Virus record (IMG/VR): IMGVR_UViG_3300010413_000045 | Coordinates: 1 to 53,562 of that record | Length of the DNA: 53,562 bases | Reading direction: 5' to 3' (one strand) | Origin: a virus | Taxonomy: Duplodnaviria > Caudoviricetes | Part shown: positions 8,461 to 17,737 of the stretch, one piece after another | How positions within the stretch are numbered: position 1 is the first letter of the stretch | How the letters are laid out: the number at the start of each line of letters is the position of its first letter | Position numbers and translations under genes: made by a program | Notes under the pieces: model-generated | The model's input: the letters and a program-made list of their open reading frames with translations, nothing else | Told to the model about the DNA's origin: nothing | Database searches by the model: none

Positions 8461-8879
8461 GCGATACTCCATAAATCACGCTCTAAAAGCATGTGTAAAT
8501 CTTCAATTGTGTTCGTCCAGTAGGGTCGTGGCGACATTTTACTGGTTCCTTCCTCAAGGAATAGGGGATATGGTGCGCCATTCTGTGAACGGGCATTGTT
8601 GTAAAGCAATAATTCCATAGGGCGGGAGGTATACCGGAAACTTTTTGCCAACATCCCCGATCTTTTAGCCGGTGGTTCGCCCGGTGCGGAAGCCCTGTAT
8701 TTACGGCCTCGGTAGGAATAAACACGGCCAGAGCGGGGTCCGGTGGTTACAACTTTCTCAAGTTGCGTTTTAACCTCCTTCCCGTGCCTCCTGAGTGACC
8801 GACCTATATTCTCTTCGTGCTTATAGATTTCTTTGCTAACGAGAATAGTGGTTTCATTCTTGCCGGTAGCGTAAGCCAT
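8457..8879 (-). CDS. Tail completion protein (HK97 gp10-like)
   Basis: RASAPGEPPAKRSGML, LEEGTSKMSPRPY motifs. Confidence 0.85.
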   Translation of the reverse strand: MAYATGKNETTILVSKEIYKHEENIGRSLRRHGKEVKTQLEKVVTTGPRSGRVYSYRGRKYRASAPGEPPAKRSGMLAKSFRYTSRPMELLLYNNARSQNGAPYPLFLEEGTSKMSPRPYWTNTIEDLHMLLERDLWSIA

Positions 8880-9328
8880 TATCCCTCACTTGCCGCGTTT
8901 TCAGTAAATCCGGTTTCGGCTAATCGTAAGATCATCCATTCATCATCGGTTCCGTAAGCCTCAGGAGCATATTTCAGTTTAAACCGGCGTGTTTTTCCGG
9001 ACGGTCCTTCAACTTCAACGTAACAGCGGTTTATATCCAGCTCGTAAACAGTATCGTCATAGGCGATATACCCGACATGAGTGTAATTCTCTGCTGACTG
9101 ATCAACCATAGAAACGCCATTCCAGCGGCGTGTAGGGCGAACTCTTTCAAGGTATCCATCATAAACACCTACGGTAGTAAATTGCTCGGAGGGTTGATAA
9201 GTATGCCCCGGATTTGTTCCTTGCTGCGTCCTGGTTTTAACGGTCAGAATATCGTCTAGCGTTCCAGCGCAAAGAGTTTCTTTATCGAACATGGTGTAAA
9301 CACACCGGCCTTTTCTTTTTGTTGCCAT
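8879..9328 (-). CDS. Head closure / head-tail joining protein
   Basis: Synteny and size; start may be 9292. Confidence 0.65.
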   Translation of the reverse strand: MATKRKGRCVYTMFDKETLCAGTLDDILTVKTRTQQGTNPGHTYQPSEQFTTVGVYDGYLERVRPTRRWNGVSMVDQSAENYTHVGYIAYDDTVYELDINRCYVEVEGPSGKTRRFKLKYAPEAYGTDDEWMILRLAETGFTENAASEG

Positions 9329-9379
9329 AGGATAATAATAACAGGTTTGAAATTATTTGCAATATTATTAAATTAGTGC

Positions 9380-9408
9380 TTGCATTGTGTGATAGTGTGT
9401 GGTATATT
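9380..9408 (+). promoter_or_regulatory. Promoter of GNAT moron
   Basis: TTGCAT-N17-TATATT with extended TG. Confidence 0.75.
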
Positions 9409-9431
9409 AAATATAGATAGGAGATATAGAG

Positions 9432-9740
9432 ATGACAAAAACAGGATACAGCCTGGATGTATATGACAATAGCGAAGAGGATATGATCGATGATTGTAGA
9501 GCCGAAAAGTACGTTAGAATCGATTATATTACAGTAGCAGAAGAAGATCGCGGACAGGGCAAAGCAAGGCAGCTCCTCAAGGATGCTATCTCCGAAGCAA
9601 AAACTTACGGCCTCCCCATTTACATGGTAGCTTGTCAACTTGAAAAAGACACAGACCTTGAAAGGCTTGTTGCTTTCTATGAGTCGGAAGGTTTCGACGT
9701 TGTCGGCCAAGCAGGTGACGGCGTTTTGATGAGTCTGTAG
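9432..9740 (+). CDS. GNAT-family acetyltransferase (antisense moron)
   Basis: VAEEDRGQGKARQLL motif A; LVAFYESEGF; AGGAG RBS. Confidence 0.88.
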   Translation: MTKTGYSLDVYDNSEEDMIDDCRAEKYVRIDYITVAEEDRGQGKARQLLKDAISEAKTYGLPIYMVACQLEKDTDLERLVAFYESEGFDVVGQAGDGVLMSL

Positions 9741-9767
9741 GTTATCAGCCCTCACGCGATGGCTTTT

Positions 9768-10517
9768 TTAATCAGCAAACCCAAAATTAAACTCAGATCC
9801 AAGTATACCATTTTTCACAGAATACTGATTCGCAATAGACACCGCTTCGCAGGGAATTGGCGTCCCGTTCATATCGCACTCACAGCCCCCGCAGTCTCCC
9901 CGGTTGGTGTAGTAATAAGCTATCGCAACGAGCATAGCGTGAATCAACGGCTGTGGTATATCAGTAACGAGAGGCGTTACACCGTCGTAAGTCGTGTATC
10001 CAGCGGTATAAGTCACGCGCATCCTGAACACATTCGCTCTATCAGCATCGAAAGGAGCCGCCTCACGAAGATACACCGAAGCCCATCCCCGCTGTTCTTT
10101 CCGTTCGGTTACATTTTCAAATAACCCCGTTGCCGCCTCCGTTCCTTTATCCAGAGTCTGATAAACACCGTTTGTATCCAAGTACTCGATTATCCCGATA
10201 TCGTCAAGCGACAGGACAGGAGATCGGTTTAACTGTAATTTGACATTAGAATCAAGGAAAGCAGAGAATAGGCCATCTGACAGCTCATATTCGGCAATAT
10301 AGGTCTTACGGCGGAGATCAACCCACATATAATTTTCAAAAGTCTCGACCACCATTTTAATCAGCCGGTCAATAGTGGCCTGATTCCGTGTTTTCTTCTG
10401 GTCGGATAAGCGAAGCCATGAAGCCACATCGTCAACGGTTATAGGGTATCCAGCTGCGACACTGGAAAGATTTGTGATAAGCGGAGAAATTGTAACCGCT
10501 GGATTTTCGTATGACAT
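9768..10517 (-). CDS. Head-tail adaptor (gp6/gp15-like)
   Basis: PITVDDVASWLRL, VTYTAGY, IPQPLIHAML...YYTNRGD. Confidence 0.85.
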   Translation of the reverse strand: MSYENPAVTISPLITNLSSVAAGYPITVDDVASWLRLSDQKKTRNQATIDRLIKMVVETFENYMWVDLRRKTYIAEYELSDGLFSAFLDSNVKLQLNRSPVLSLDDIGIIEYLDTNGVYQTLDKGTEAATGLFENVTERKEQRGWASVYLREAAPFDADRANVFRMRVTYTAGYTTYDGVTPLVTDIPQPLIHAMLVAIAYYYTNRGDCGGCECDMNGTPIPCEAVSIANQYSVKNGILGSEFNFGFAD

Positions 10518-10533
10518 TTATTCCTCCACAAAA

Positions 10534-10606
10534 AGCCCTCAGTGGGACTTGAACCCACAACATACGGTTTACAGGACCGCAACTCTGCCAATTGAGCTAC
10601 AAGGGC
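10534..10606 (-). tRNA. tRNA-Thr(TGT), no encoded CCA, C at position 33
   Basis: GCCCTTG/TGAGGGC acceptor, GCTC/GAGT D-stem, GCGGT-CCTGTAA-ACCGT, GTGGG-TTCAAGT-CCCAC. Confidence 0.88.
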
Positions 10607-10612
10607 GTGTTC

Positions 10613-10639
10613 AAAAAAGACGAGCCTTTCGGCCCGCCT
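10613..10639 (-). terminator. Terminator after capsid-accessory genes
   Basis: AGGCGGGCC-GAAA-GGCTCGTCT-TTTTT. Confidence 0.75.
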
Positions 10640-10642
10640 CAT

Positions 10643-10966
10643 TTATGCCTCAAGGGCGTTCTGGATCACTTCCAGGATTTCAGCCTTTTTACTGGCCTCT
10701 CCGAGATCAATCGGAGGATCATGCTTTTCAGCGAACTCTTTAAGCTCACCGACTTTCATATCTTCCAATCCAGCAGAACTGAATCCGGCGGTCGGTTCCT
10801 CTACGGGTTTCCCACCAGCTTTGGCAACTCCGGCCTCAAGAAAATATTTAGCGTATCCGTCAGCGATAGGGTAGACTTTTTCAGCCTTCACATCTTCGAC
10901 AGTTACCTCAACAGATTCTTTCGGAGCGGATCCATATTTACCGGCCTTCGTGAATATAATATTCAT
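10643..10966 (-). CDS. Head-associated protein with C-terminal Rho-N/HeH-like motif
   Basis: LEDMKVGELKEFAEKH...KKAEILEVI. Confidence 0.7.
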   Translation of the reverse strand: MNIIFTKAGKYGSAPKESVEVTVEDVKAEKVYPIADGYAKYFLEAGVAKAGGKPVEEPTAGFSSAGLEDMKVGELKEFAEKHDPPIDLGEASKKAEILEVIQNALEA

Positions 10967-10976
10967 CGGCTACCCC

Positions 10977-11450
10977 TTATCTCTTAGGAGCAGTTACATC
11001 AGCATCGGCAAGAGGTCCGGGAGCGATCATGTCAGCATCAGCCACTACAGAAGACTCTTTAACCTGGGGTTTAACCATGGAATCCTGAAGGAGTCCGACT
11101 CCGGCAACGGTTCCGGTAGGTCCTGTACATGTCAGCACTGGGCGAACATATCTTTCTTTGGCTACACAGCCGATATGGATGTTTCCGTCTGCTGAGATCG
11201 GGAAGGATCCTGGGTAATACAGATTTTCGCTTTCTGGAATGTCTGCCCATGCATCAGCTACGCCGTTATCGCTGGACTCCTGCCATTTTACAGAGTCAAC
11301 TGAACCGGCGGAAATGGCGATAACAAGAGCGAGTGTAACGCTTCTATAGTTGAGTGTATCAATACTGTTCCCTGTCACTGAAGCCGCGAGGGCTGTTGCA
11401 GGATCGAATCCTACCGCGGGAGCACTGTTTGAAAACTGTTCTTTATCCAT
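10977..11450 (-). CDS. Putative capsid decoration protein
   Basis: Follows MCP; GNSIDT, WQESSD, ERYVRPV beta-sandwich pattern. Confidence 0.65.
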   Translation of the reverse strand: MDKEQFSNSAPAVGFDPATALAASVTGNSIDTLNYRSVTLALVIAISAGSVDSVKWQESSDNGVADAWADIPESENLYYPGSFPISADGNIHIGCVAKERYVRPVLTCTGPTGTVAGVGLLQDSMVKPQVKESSVVADADMIAPGPLADADVTAPKR

Positions 11451-11509
11451 TTTAATCTCCTATTATGGATTTAGCCGGATATTTCACCGGCTATAAAATC
11501 ACGCCAGAA

Positions 11510-12844
11510 TTAGGCTTTAACCTTCATTCTGACACCGGCTTCATGAATCTTCACTTTACCGACACTGTATTTGTGAGTTGCATATTCGGTTATAGCAGCA
11601 GCTTTCTGAGTTACTTCGTCGATAATGATGGAAATATCAGCACGGTCAACGATCTGGTAGAACTTTCTCATGTCTGCGAACAGAACAGGGAACTTACCAG
11701 CACCAGCGTCAGCATCGTCGAACTCTATAAACTCAGAAGAATATCTGTAACCGTTGATCGTTGCCGGAGCTCCGGAGGCGGCATCACCGAAAGCGGGGTT
11801 CCATAGGTAACGACCTGATCCATCCTGAAGCAGTCTGAAAAATACAAGGGATTTCCGGTTGAACATATACATCGGATCGTATCCGCGTTTCAGCTCGCCT
11901 GTGATTTTAATCATATCGTCAAAATCGATTGCTCCGGATGCAGCGGTTGTGAACTCAGGCACGTTCGCGTCAACTGACCATCCCAGACCTTTATTTACTC
12001 CGTCGCCATCAAAAAACTCCTGACCTTCGAGTACTGCGAACTGCTCAGCAGAATCCATCATAATTTCATTAACGATATCATAGGCGTTGAACAGAAGCAT
12101 ATCCTGAGTTACGGGAGTGATCGAAGTCATTCTCTGAGGGCTGAAATCGTTTTCGCCGTATTTGGATGTAGAGCTATCAGCGCTTCTGGCCTCACCTGGT
12201 CTAAATGCTTTACCGATAGAAGTTCTAATAGGCTCAGTATAGGTTTTGGAAGAAACCTGTTTAACCGTTGCGAATCTTCTGATAGGTCCAGATTCGATAA
12301 TAACTTTATTGAGCATATCCGCATATTCGGGAGGACATAGGAAACTGCCATATTCACCGATATCTGTCCTGAGCAGATCGGAAGATGCCTTCTCATTATA
12401 CCGTTTAACGAACTGACCCATTGTTTTAGCGTCAGCACTCTGGAAATCGAAGTTCTTCATTGAACCGAATACTCTGGCGGCTTTCTGCTCGTTCTGGGGA
12501 TCGCTGATAAACTCAGGCCAGCTCTTAACGAGCATAGCACCCATAACTGCCATAGCGTCTTTCTTCATGGCTTCGCCATCGGATCCAGTGGAAGCGCCAG
12601 CAGCGGCGAGACCTTCAAGGCCTTTAATTCGGTCTTTCAATTCTTCAGAAGCTTTCTGAGCTTCAGCATATTTTTGGTTAGCTTCTTCGTTCGCTTTCTC
12701 GAATCTTGCCTCGATATCAGCGGACTTTTCAGCCAATGCTTTAAACTCAGGGGAGTTGACACCATTTTCCTCGGCGAACTTCCTCTGCTTGTCAGTGACC
12801 TGCTTCATTTCTTTGATCAGATCATCAAGTTTTTCATCTGCCAT
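11510..12844 (-). CDS. Major capsid protein, HK97 family
   Basis: Coiled-coil delta domain; GSFLCPPE, FFDGDGVNKGLG, LQDGSGRYLW, VLFADM. Confidence 0.95.
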   Translation of the reverse strand: MADEKLDDLIKEMKQVTDKQRKFAEENGVNSPEFKALAEKSADIEARFEKANEEANQKYAEAQKASEELKDRIKGLEGLAAAGASTGSDGEAMKKDAMAVMGAMLVKSWPEFISDPQNEQKAARVFGSMKNFDFQSADAKTMGQFVKRYNEKASSDLLRTDIGEYGSFLCPPEYADMLNKVIIESGPIRRFATVKQVSSKTYTEPIRTSIGKAFRPGEARSADSSTSKYGENDFSPQRMTSITPVTQDMLLFNAYDIVNEIMMDSAEQFAVLEGQEFFDGDGVNKGLGWSVDANVPEFTTAASGAIDFDDMIKITGELKRGYDPMYMFNRKSLVFFRLLQDGSGRYLWNPAFGDAASGAPATINGYRYSSEFIEFDDADAGAGKFPVLFADMRKFYQIVDRADISIIIDEVTQKAAAITEYATHKYSVGKVKIHEAGVRMKVKA

Positions 12845-12845
12845 T

Positions 12846-14012
12846 TCATTCTCCTTCAAATGACTTTTTCAAATCCGCAAATGCTTTCCCGAGTTTATCG
12901 CCATCACTTGACACCGAACCTTCCGAAACCGGAGAGCGAAGCGCCTCGACAATCACCTCTTTCGCACCTGTCGAAAGAATTACATTTTCATTACCTAGGA
13001 TGTATTCAACATCTTCCGGATACATGGACTTCAAGGTCATTTTATCAACAAAGAACTTCCCTGCTGATTTAAACGGCTCCTCTCTGCCCAATTTCTTGTA
13101 TACTCTGTTAATATATCCCTTAATTGCGCTCTTGTCACCCTCCGGGATATTCACACCGCCACGGGAACCGGCCAGAACTCCGGCAATCGCGTAAATGGCG
13201 CGGGGAACGATTTTGAAACCTCCGTCCATGTAATAGACATAGGGGAGTTTATACCCGCCGAACTTATCCGCATTTTCGGGATCGTAGTACATAAACCCCT
13301 TGCGGTAATTCTTGCTCGGGTTTTCTTCCGATCCGGTATTTGCGCGGATATCCGATACGGATTTATTCGAATCCCATTTTGTCGCCTCGTCAGCAAAGGG
13401 ATACATTGTGAAGTTGGTTGATTTTGATTGAACCTCGCTATCGAGAGTTATTTCACCAGATTTGATAAAATCCATAACAGCCGATTTGACACCATCATCC
13501 ATGTCTTTCGTGTTTCCAGACATAATACTTTTCGCCTGTTTTCGGACAGAAAAAACGGAAGCTTTTGGGTTCATCGGAAAAGTTACAAATGATGACTCGC
13601 GTAATGCACCCTTTATCAAATCGTTGCACTTATCAACCACGTTATACTTCTCTTCAAATGTCCAATATCCGATAGATGCCGCCTTAACTGATCCGACTCT
13701 CATTTGAGGATACACTCTACCCATTACAAAAGTATCATCCATCGGCATTTTTGCGATAAATCTCAAACCATTATTATCTGATTCGTAAAACTTAATACCA
13801 ATAGGCTCTGAAGAGTTATGTTGCCACAGCGCAGGCCGCTGGTTACCGTTTTCTCTCAGGTCATCTACAAAAAAAGAAGGGAGTACACGATCACCGCCAA
13901 GGTCTATGTTGTTGTAAAAAGAAGCATACCCTTCCACGATTATCATATTTTCTCCGGAATCTTCTTTTACGCTCTTTATCTCGCAGGGAACGAGCATATA
14001 ATCTTTTTTCAT
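12846..14012 (-). CDS. HK97-family prohead protease with extra C-terminal domain
   Basis: EGYASFYNNIDLGGD, LWQHNSSEPIG, SIGY, ESSFVTFPMNPKA. Confidence 0.92.
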   Translation of the reverse strand: MKKDYMLVPCEIKSVKEDSGENMIIVEGYASFYNNIDLGGDRVLPSFFVDDLRENGNQRPALWQHNSSEPIGIKFYESDNNGLRFIAKMPMDDTFVMGRVYPQMRVGSVKAASIGYWTFEEKYNVVDKCNDLIKGALRESSFVTFPMNPKASVFSVRKQAKSIMSGNTKDMDDGVKSAVMDFIKSGEITLDSEVQSKSTNFTMYPFADEATKWDSNKSVSDIRANTGSEENPSKNYRKGFMYYDPENADKFGGYKLPYVYYMDGGFKIVPRAIYAIAGVLAGSRGGVNIPEGDKSAIKGYINRVYKKLGREEPFKSAGKFFVDKMTLKSMYPEDVEYILGNENVILSTGAKEVIVEALRSPVSEGSVSSDGDKLGKAFADLKKSFEGE

Positions 14013-14030
14013 TATTCCCCCATTGATTTA

Positions 14031-14059
14031 ATATTATCGGTTGATTTGTCGGTTGTCAA
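14031..14059 (-). promoter_or_regulatory. Promoter for protease/capsid operon
   Basis: TTGACA-N17-TAATAT; CAACCGA repeated twice within it. Confidence 0.7.
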
Positions 14060-14064
14060 TTGCA

Positions 14065-14922
14065 TCACAATATCACCTCACTACACCGGCAATTAGCCAC
14101 ATTAGCCATAGATGCGCCCATAGACGTATCGCCAGGGTACCGCAAATACTCCCCGTTCACGATAAACGGCTCTGTACGTGGAACAGTCTGAAAATTAGCC
14201 GCCTGATGCCATGGCCTAACCTTCGCATCACCCATAGTCACCCATGTGTGAGAGACCACAGCCAGTAAAGCGAATAAATCAGCATTATCAACACGGCCTA
14301 TATCGTCAGCGATTTCCTGATGAGTCAACGAACCGGATAAATCGGCAGCTTCCCGGGCAAGCGCTCTATTGCCGTCAACAATGGCATCATTCATCATATC
14401 ATCGGCGATAGACTGCATCGTCTTTTTCACTTCCTCGGTCAGCATTTGGGTTTCAGTAACAGAAATATTGCCGACACGCCCGCCGTTTTTCACTTTGAAG
14501 ATATTCGCCGCCGTCCGGTTTATCGCTCCCTGATCGGGGTTAATCATCCCTTCGGCTATAAGCTGTTGTAACGCTTCCTCTCGTGATTCCCTGATGAGCT
14601 TTTTTGTGGTCCGGTCTATAATTCCCGATTGCCTTACAGCTCGACCGGCAAGAATAGCTAGTATAGCCTCTTCCAGTCCGTACTCATCCTCTTCCTGTTT
14701 TAATCTGACCCCTGTCAGATTGCGCACAACTCGCCTGTAATTCTTATTCAGTAAGGGCTCGATTGGGTCCGGAAATCCTCCGGAAGCTACTGAGCGCCTC
14801 GCCTTGGCAAAGTACGAAATAAGATCACGCTTGAAAGGTTTTTCCGATTGCAGTTTTATCCGCAGGAGTTTGCGGGCTTGCTTTAGGGCGTGTTGTTTTT
14901 GGCGGGGGGTTAGGTCAGGCAT
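14065..14922 (-). CDS. Head morphogenesis protein (MuF/SPP1 gp7-like)
   Basis: WVTMGDAKVRPWH, PFIVNGEYLRYPGD, NCRC. Confidence 0.9.
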   Translation of the reverse strand: MPDLTPRQKQHALKQARKLLRIKLQSEKPFKRDLISYFAKARRSVASGGFPDPIEPLLNKNYRRVVRNLTGVRLKQEEDEYGLEEAILAILAGRAVRQSGIIDRTTKKLIRESREEALQQLIAEGMINPDQGAINRTAANIFKVKNGGRVGNISVTETQMLTEEVKKTMQSIADDMMNDAIVDGNRALAREAADLSGSLTHQEIADDIGRVDNADLFALLAVVSHTWVTMGDAKVRPWHQAANFQTVPRTEPFIVNGEYLRYPGDTSMGASMANVANCRCSEVIL

Positions 14923-15228
14923 TTATATTAAAGTTTTCTCACTTTCTGGTATTGACTCTATTTCTCCATTCTCGTTTGTATACAATTCAGGAGGAGGAAT
15001 ATATTCCGTTTTTTCAAAACGCTTACAGCTACAATCTTTGTTCCATTTTCGGTTAACCCCAAGTCCAGACTTGATTAATTTTATCGTTTTATGTCCATAA
15101 ACAGGGTCTATGCTCAAAGATTTTATATTGTCAGGATGTATACAACCTTTCGGGCTGTTTCTTAAATAATTGCCCGCGTTCACCATTCCCATATGTACAT
15201 GTTTGCACTTTTCACAAATATTATTCAC
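14923..15228 (-). CDS. Cys-rich hypothetical protein between portal and MuF
   Basis: CEKCKH, GCIHP, NKDCSCKRFE; translationally coupled. Confidence 0.6.
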   Translation of the reverse strand: MNNICEKCKHVHMGMVNAGNYLRNSPKGCIHPDNIKSLSIDPVYGHKTIKLIKSGLGVNRKWNKDCSCKRFEKTEYIPPPELYTNENGEIESIPESEKTLI

Positions 15229-16520
15229 AACTCATCCTCCAAATCATCCCCAGTCAAATTATCTTCCTCGGCATCCATATTGTCCGGCATCCATGTTGTC
15301 TGTTTGAAAGTCATATTCCCCATTCCGTCAGGTCTATCTCCGTGTCCGGTTGTCGCCCTGATTTCATCGTCAGTGTATGCCTGAATCTCCCGCATTTTCT
15401 TCGCTGTTTCCATCATACGGAACCGGAGAGCGGGGAGGGTCTTCTCGTCAAATGTCAGTTCAAATCTATCCCCGTCTTTATACCGAGGGAGAAGGAAATC
15501 CCCCAGACGCTTTAACACGATATAAGAGTTCGGAATAACAGACAGGTCAAACAGTGCCAGAATAGCATTTTCCATATTCGCCATGGTCATTGTCTTTTCA
15601 GATACCAAAGGCATTGGGATTTTATAGACTTTGAAAATATCCTTTTCGGATTGGTCTATCAGGTTAAAAAAGTCCATGTCCTGCGGTGTAAGCATGAAGT
15701 TTTCGTACTTTACAGCTACCGGGGCAATAATATCACGTCCTGAGTTGGACGGGCCGGTAAACTTATCCTGAACCTCTTTTTTGAACGCTTCAAACTGCCA
15801 CTGGCTCATATCGTTACCGGGAGCCCATAAACCACCTGGGCGGGAGCCGTTCTTCAGAATCGATGAATTATGCTGATTGCCGAAGTATTTGGAATACACC
15901 TGATAAACAACACGCGATAACGGAGATGTTCCCTGAACACCGGACCTAGTTTTCGCTTTTAATATCTGTATCGTTTCAGCCATTCCGTTTTGAGCTTGAT
16001 ACACGGCTGTCTTCCTTTTCGGTATCATCTGACGGATGTAGTTGTTGGAATCCTCGTTATCGGAAAAAGTAATAGCTTGGATATAGTTATTTTTATCAGG
16101 GATAAGATTGACTTTGTTCGGATAGACCTGTCTTAATTCATTCGGCTCATACTTCACATTTCCGATAGCTTTCGGGTAAGCAGCCCCGCAAGTGAGAAAG
16201 GAAGTCATGAGAGAGTACATCATTTCCGTACTGTCCATGAGATAACCAGGATTATCCAATAGATTCAACAGTGGGTGAGCGTCGGCACCAGATATATATT
16301 CGTGAGTCTTTTTGTCCTTAAGTGCATAGGTCATTTGGGAGAATGGCGTAGCGATATAGTCTACTGCAGTAAATATACTATCGGATATGCTCCAAAGAAA
16401 CAAACTGGAGCTAGCACTTATCAATCCAGTGCTACTTTGACCGAAAAGCATATTGATCACATACGGGCTTAATCCTCCGGCTGATTTCGTTCTGATATTG
16501 GACGCTGATTTTATTTCCAT
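15225..16520 (-). CDS. Portal protein, HK97 family
   Basis: HPLLNLLDNP, GTSPL, NGSRPGG, PQDMDF, VYKIP. Confidence 0.93.
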   Translation of the reverse strand: MEIKSASNIRTKSAGGLSPYVINMLFGQSSTGLISASSSLFLWSISDSIFTAVDYIATPFSQMTYALKDKKTHEYISGADAHPLLNLLDNPGYLMDSTEMMYSLMTSFLTCGAAYPKAIGNVKYEPNELRQVYPNKVNLIPDKNNYIQAITFSDNEDSNNYIRQMIPKRKTAVYQAQNGMAETIQILKAKTRSGVQGTSPLSRVVYQVYSKYFGNQHNSSILKNGSRPGGLWAPGNDMSQWQFEAFKKEVQDKFTGPSNSGRDIIAPVAVKYENFMLTPQDMDFFNLIDQSEKDIFKVYKIPMPLVSEKTMTMANMENAILALFDLSVIPNSYIVLKRLGDFLLPRYKDGDRFELTFDEKTLPALRFRMMETAKKMREIQAYTDDEIRATTGHGDRPDGMGNMTFKQTTWMPDNMDAEEDNLTGDDLEDEL

Positions 16521-16699
16521 GATCTACCGGTCCTTTCCCATCCAGTTACGGAAATATTCTCCCCGATAGACTCGGAAAGCGACTTCTCGATGGCTCTGAT
16601 ATTTTCTATTTTACTCGGCAGCTCTGATCTTTTTAGAATCAATTCGCTGTTTCCGTGGCCGTTTGCGCTGGCATAAAAAACGATATATCGATATTTCAT
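16511..16699 (-). CDS. Hypothetical protein (possibly leaderless)
   Basis: TTGATT-N17-TACAAT ends 6 nt before ATG. Confidence 0.6.
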   Translation of the reverse strand: MKYRYIVFYASANGHGNSELILKRSELPSKIENIRAIEKSLSESIGENISVTGWERTGRSWK

Positions 16700-16760
16700 A
16701 AATTGATTGTATATCCTTTGCGGCTAAGAATCAAGAAAAGCCCCGGATGGGGCTGGTGTG

Positions 16761-16994
16761 TTACGATCCTCCACCGTAATATTTTAGTTTGTAATAATTA
16801 TCTCCATTTGTCTCTAGTATTTCAAACTGTTCAAATGCGGTAGAATGATCTTCCCGAAATAAAGTTACCAATTCTCCTTTTGAGTATTTGTTCATTTTGA
16901 AATCTTCCAAAAGTGATTGTATTACTTTGTCTTTCATGTCTTCATTACCTAAATCTTCTAAATAACAATTATTCCAATATATCTGCATTTGCAT
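16761..16994 (-). CDS. Hypothetical protein
   Basis: GGAGG RBS; followed by hairpin and T-run at ~16735-16754. Confidence 0.6.
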   Translation of the reverse strand: MQMQIYWNNCYLEDLGNEDMKDKVIQSLLEDFKMNKYSKGELVTLFREDHSTAFEQFEILETNGDNYYKLKYYGGGS

Positions 16995-16996
16995 AC

Positions 16997-17209
16997 TTAT
17001 ACTTCCTCCCACCACTCACTAAGATTTTTCATGTTAATCCCGAGATACGCACTCAGCTTCAAACAGCTTTTTATACTCATTTTCATAGTCTTTTCCTGGC
17101 TTCCGACGTAATTGTACAGAGCGGCGCGGCAGATACCTGTTGAATTGGATACCGCTTCGACTCCGTTGTTCCGTATAGCTTCCTGTAGTTTTTTTCGGGC
17201 TTTGGTCAC
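16997..17209 (-). CDS. Small HTH DNA-binding protein
   Basis: VEAVSNSTGICRAALYNYV; LKLSAYLGI. Confidence 0.7.
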   Translation of the reverse strand: MTKARKKLQEAIRNNGVEAVSNSTGICRAALYNYVGSQEKTMKMSIKSCLKLSAYLGINMKNLSEWWEEV

Positions 17210-17505
17210 AACTCCACCTCCATAACTCTCTTGAAAAATGTCCCGTTCGGTTTCTTATCAACCAGCTTCCCATTCTGCAAATCATCCAGCCGGTACATAT
17301 CTTCAATCCCGAACTTCTTAACAACCTTCCGCGCCTGTTCGACCGTCAGCGGCGTGGATAAGGCCAGCGATACGGCAACCGCTTTACGATAGATAATACG
17401 CTTGAAAAACCCCCTGTGAGGATAATCTTTCAGTACACAAAGATAACAGCTATGCCCTACGATGTAGGACGGTGGATAGTCTTTTTGACAGGTTGGGCAG
17501 GTCAT
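17206..17505 (-). CDS. Zn-finger hypothetical protein
   Basis: CPTC...CYLC; ATGA coupling. Confidence 0.6.
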   Translation of the reverse strand: MTCPTCQKDYPPSYIVGHSCYLCVLKDYPHRGFFKRIIYRKAVAVSLALSTPLTVEQARKVVKKFGIEDMYRLDDLQNGKLVDKKPNGTFFKRVMEVEL

Positions 17506-17669
17506 GAGTTGACCTCTTTGCATTTATCGCAAACACATTTTTGTTTTTTTGATTTAAAATCCTGATAACCCTTATTTCTATCTCCGGAATACCAATAATC
17601 CTGCCTATGGCCACACTTCATTGTAATTCCGAAAAGACCAGAAATAACATTTCCGCTTACAGTTCTCAT
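17502..17669 (-). CDS. Small Cys-containing protein (55 aa, MRTVSG...KCGH...CDKC), not in ORF track
   Basis: Hand-translated; preceded by TTAAGCGAGGTA and promoter TTTACA-N17-TACAAT (17701-17729). Confidence 0.65.
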   Translation of the reverse strand: MRTVSGNVISGLFGITMKCGHRQDYWYSGDRNKGYQDFKSKKQKCVCDKCKEVNS

Positions 17670-17737
17670 AAAAATACCTCGCTTAATCTTTATATTGTCT
17701 ATTGTAATGGAATTAAGAAAGATTGTAAAGGATTATT

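Noticed and set aside
10439-10642. 67-aa ORF MRRAERLVFF...
   Set aside because: It is a translation of the tRNA-Thr and terminator (ALVAQLAE...VGSSPT)
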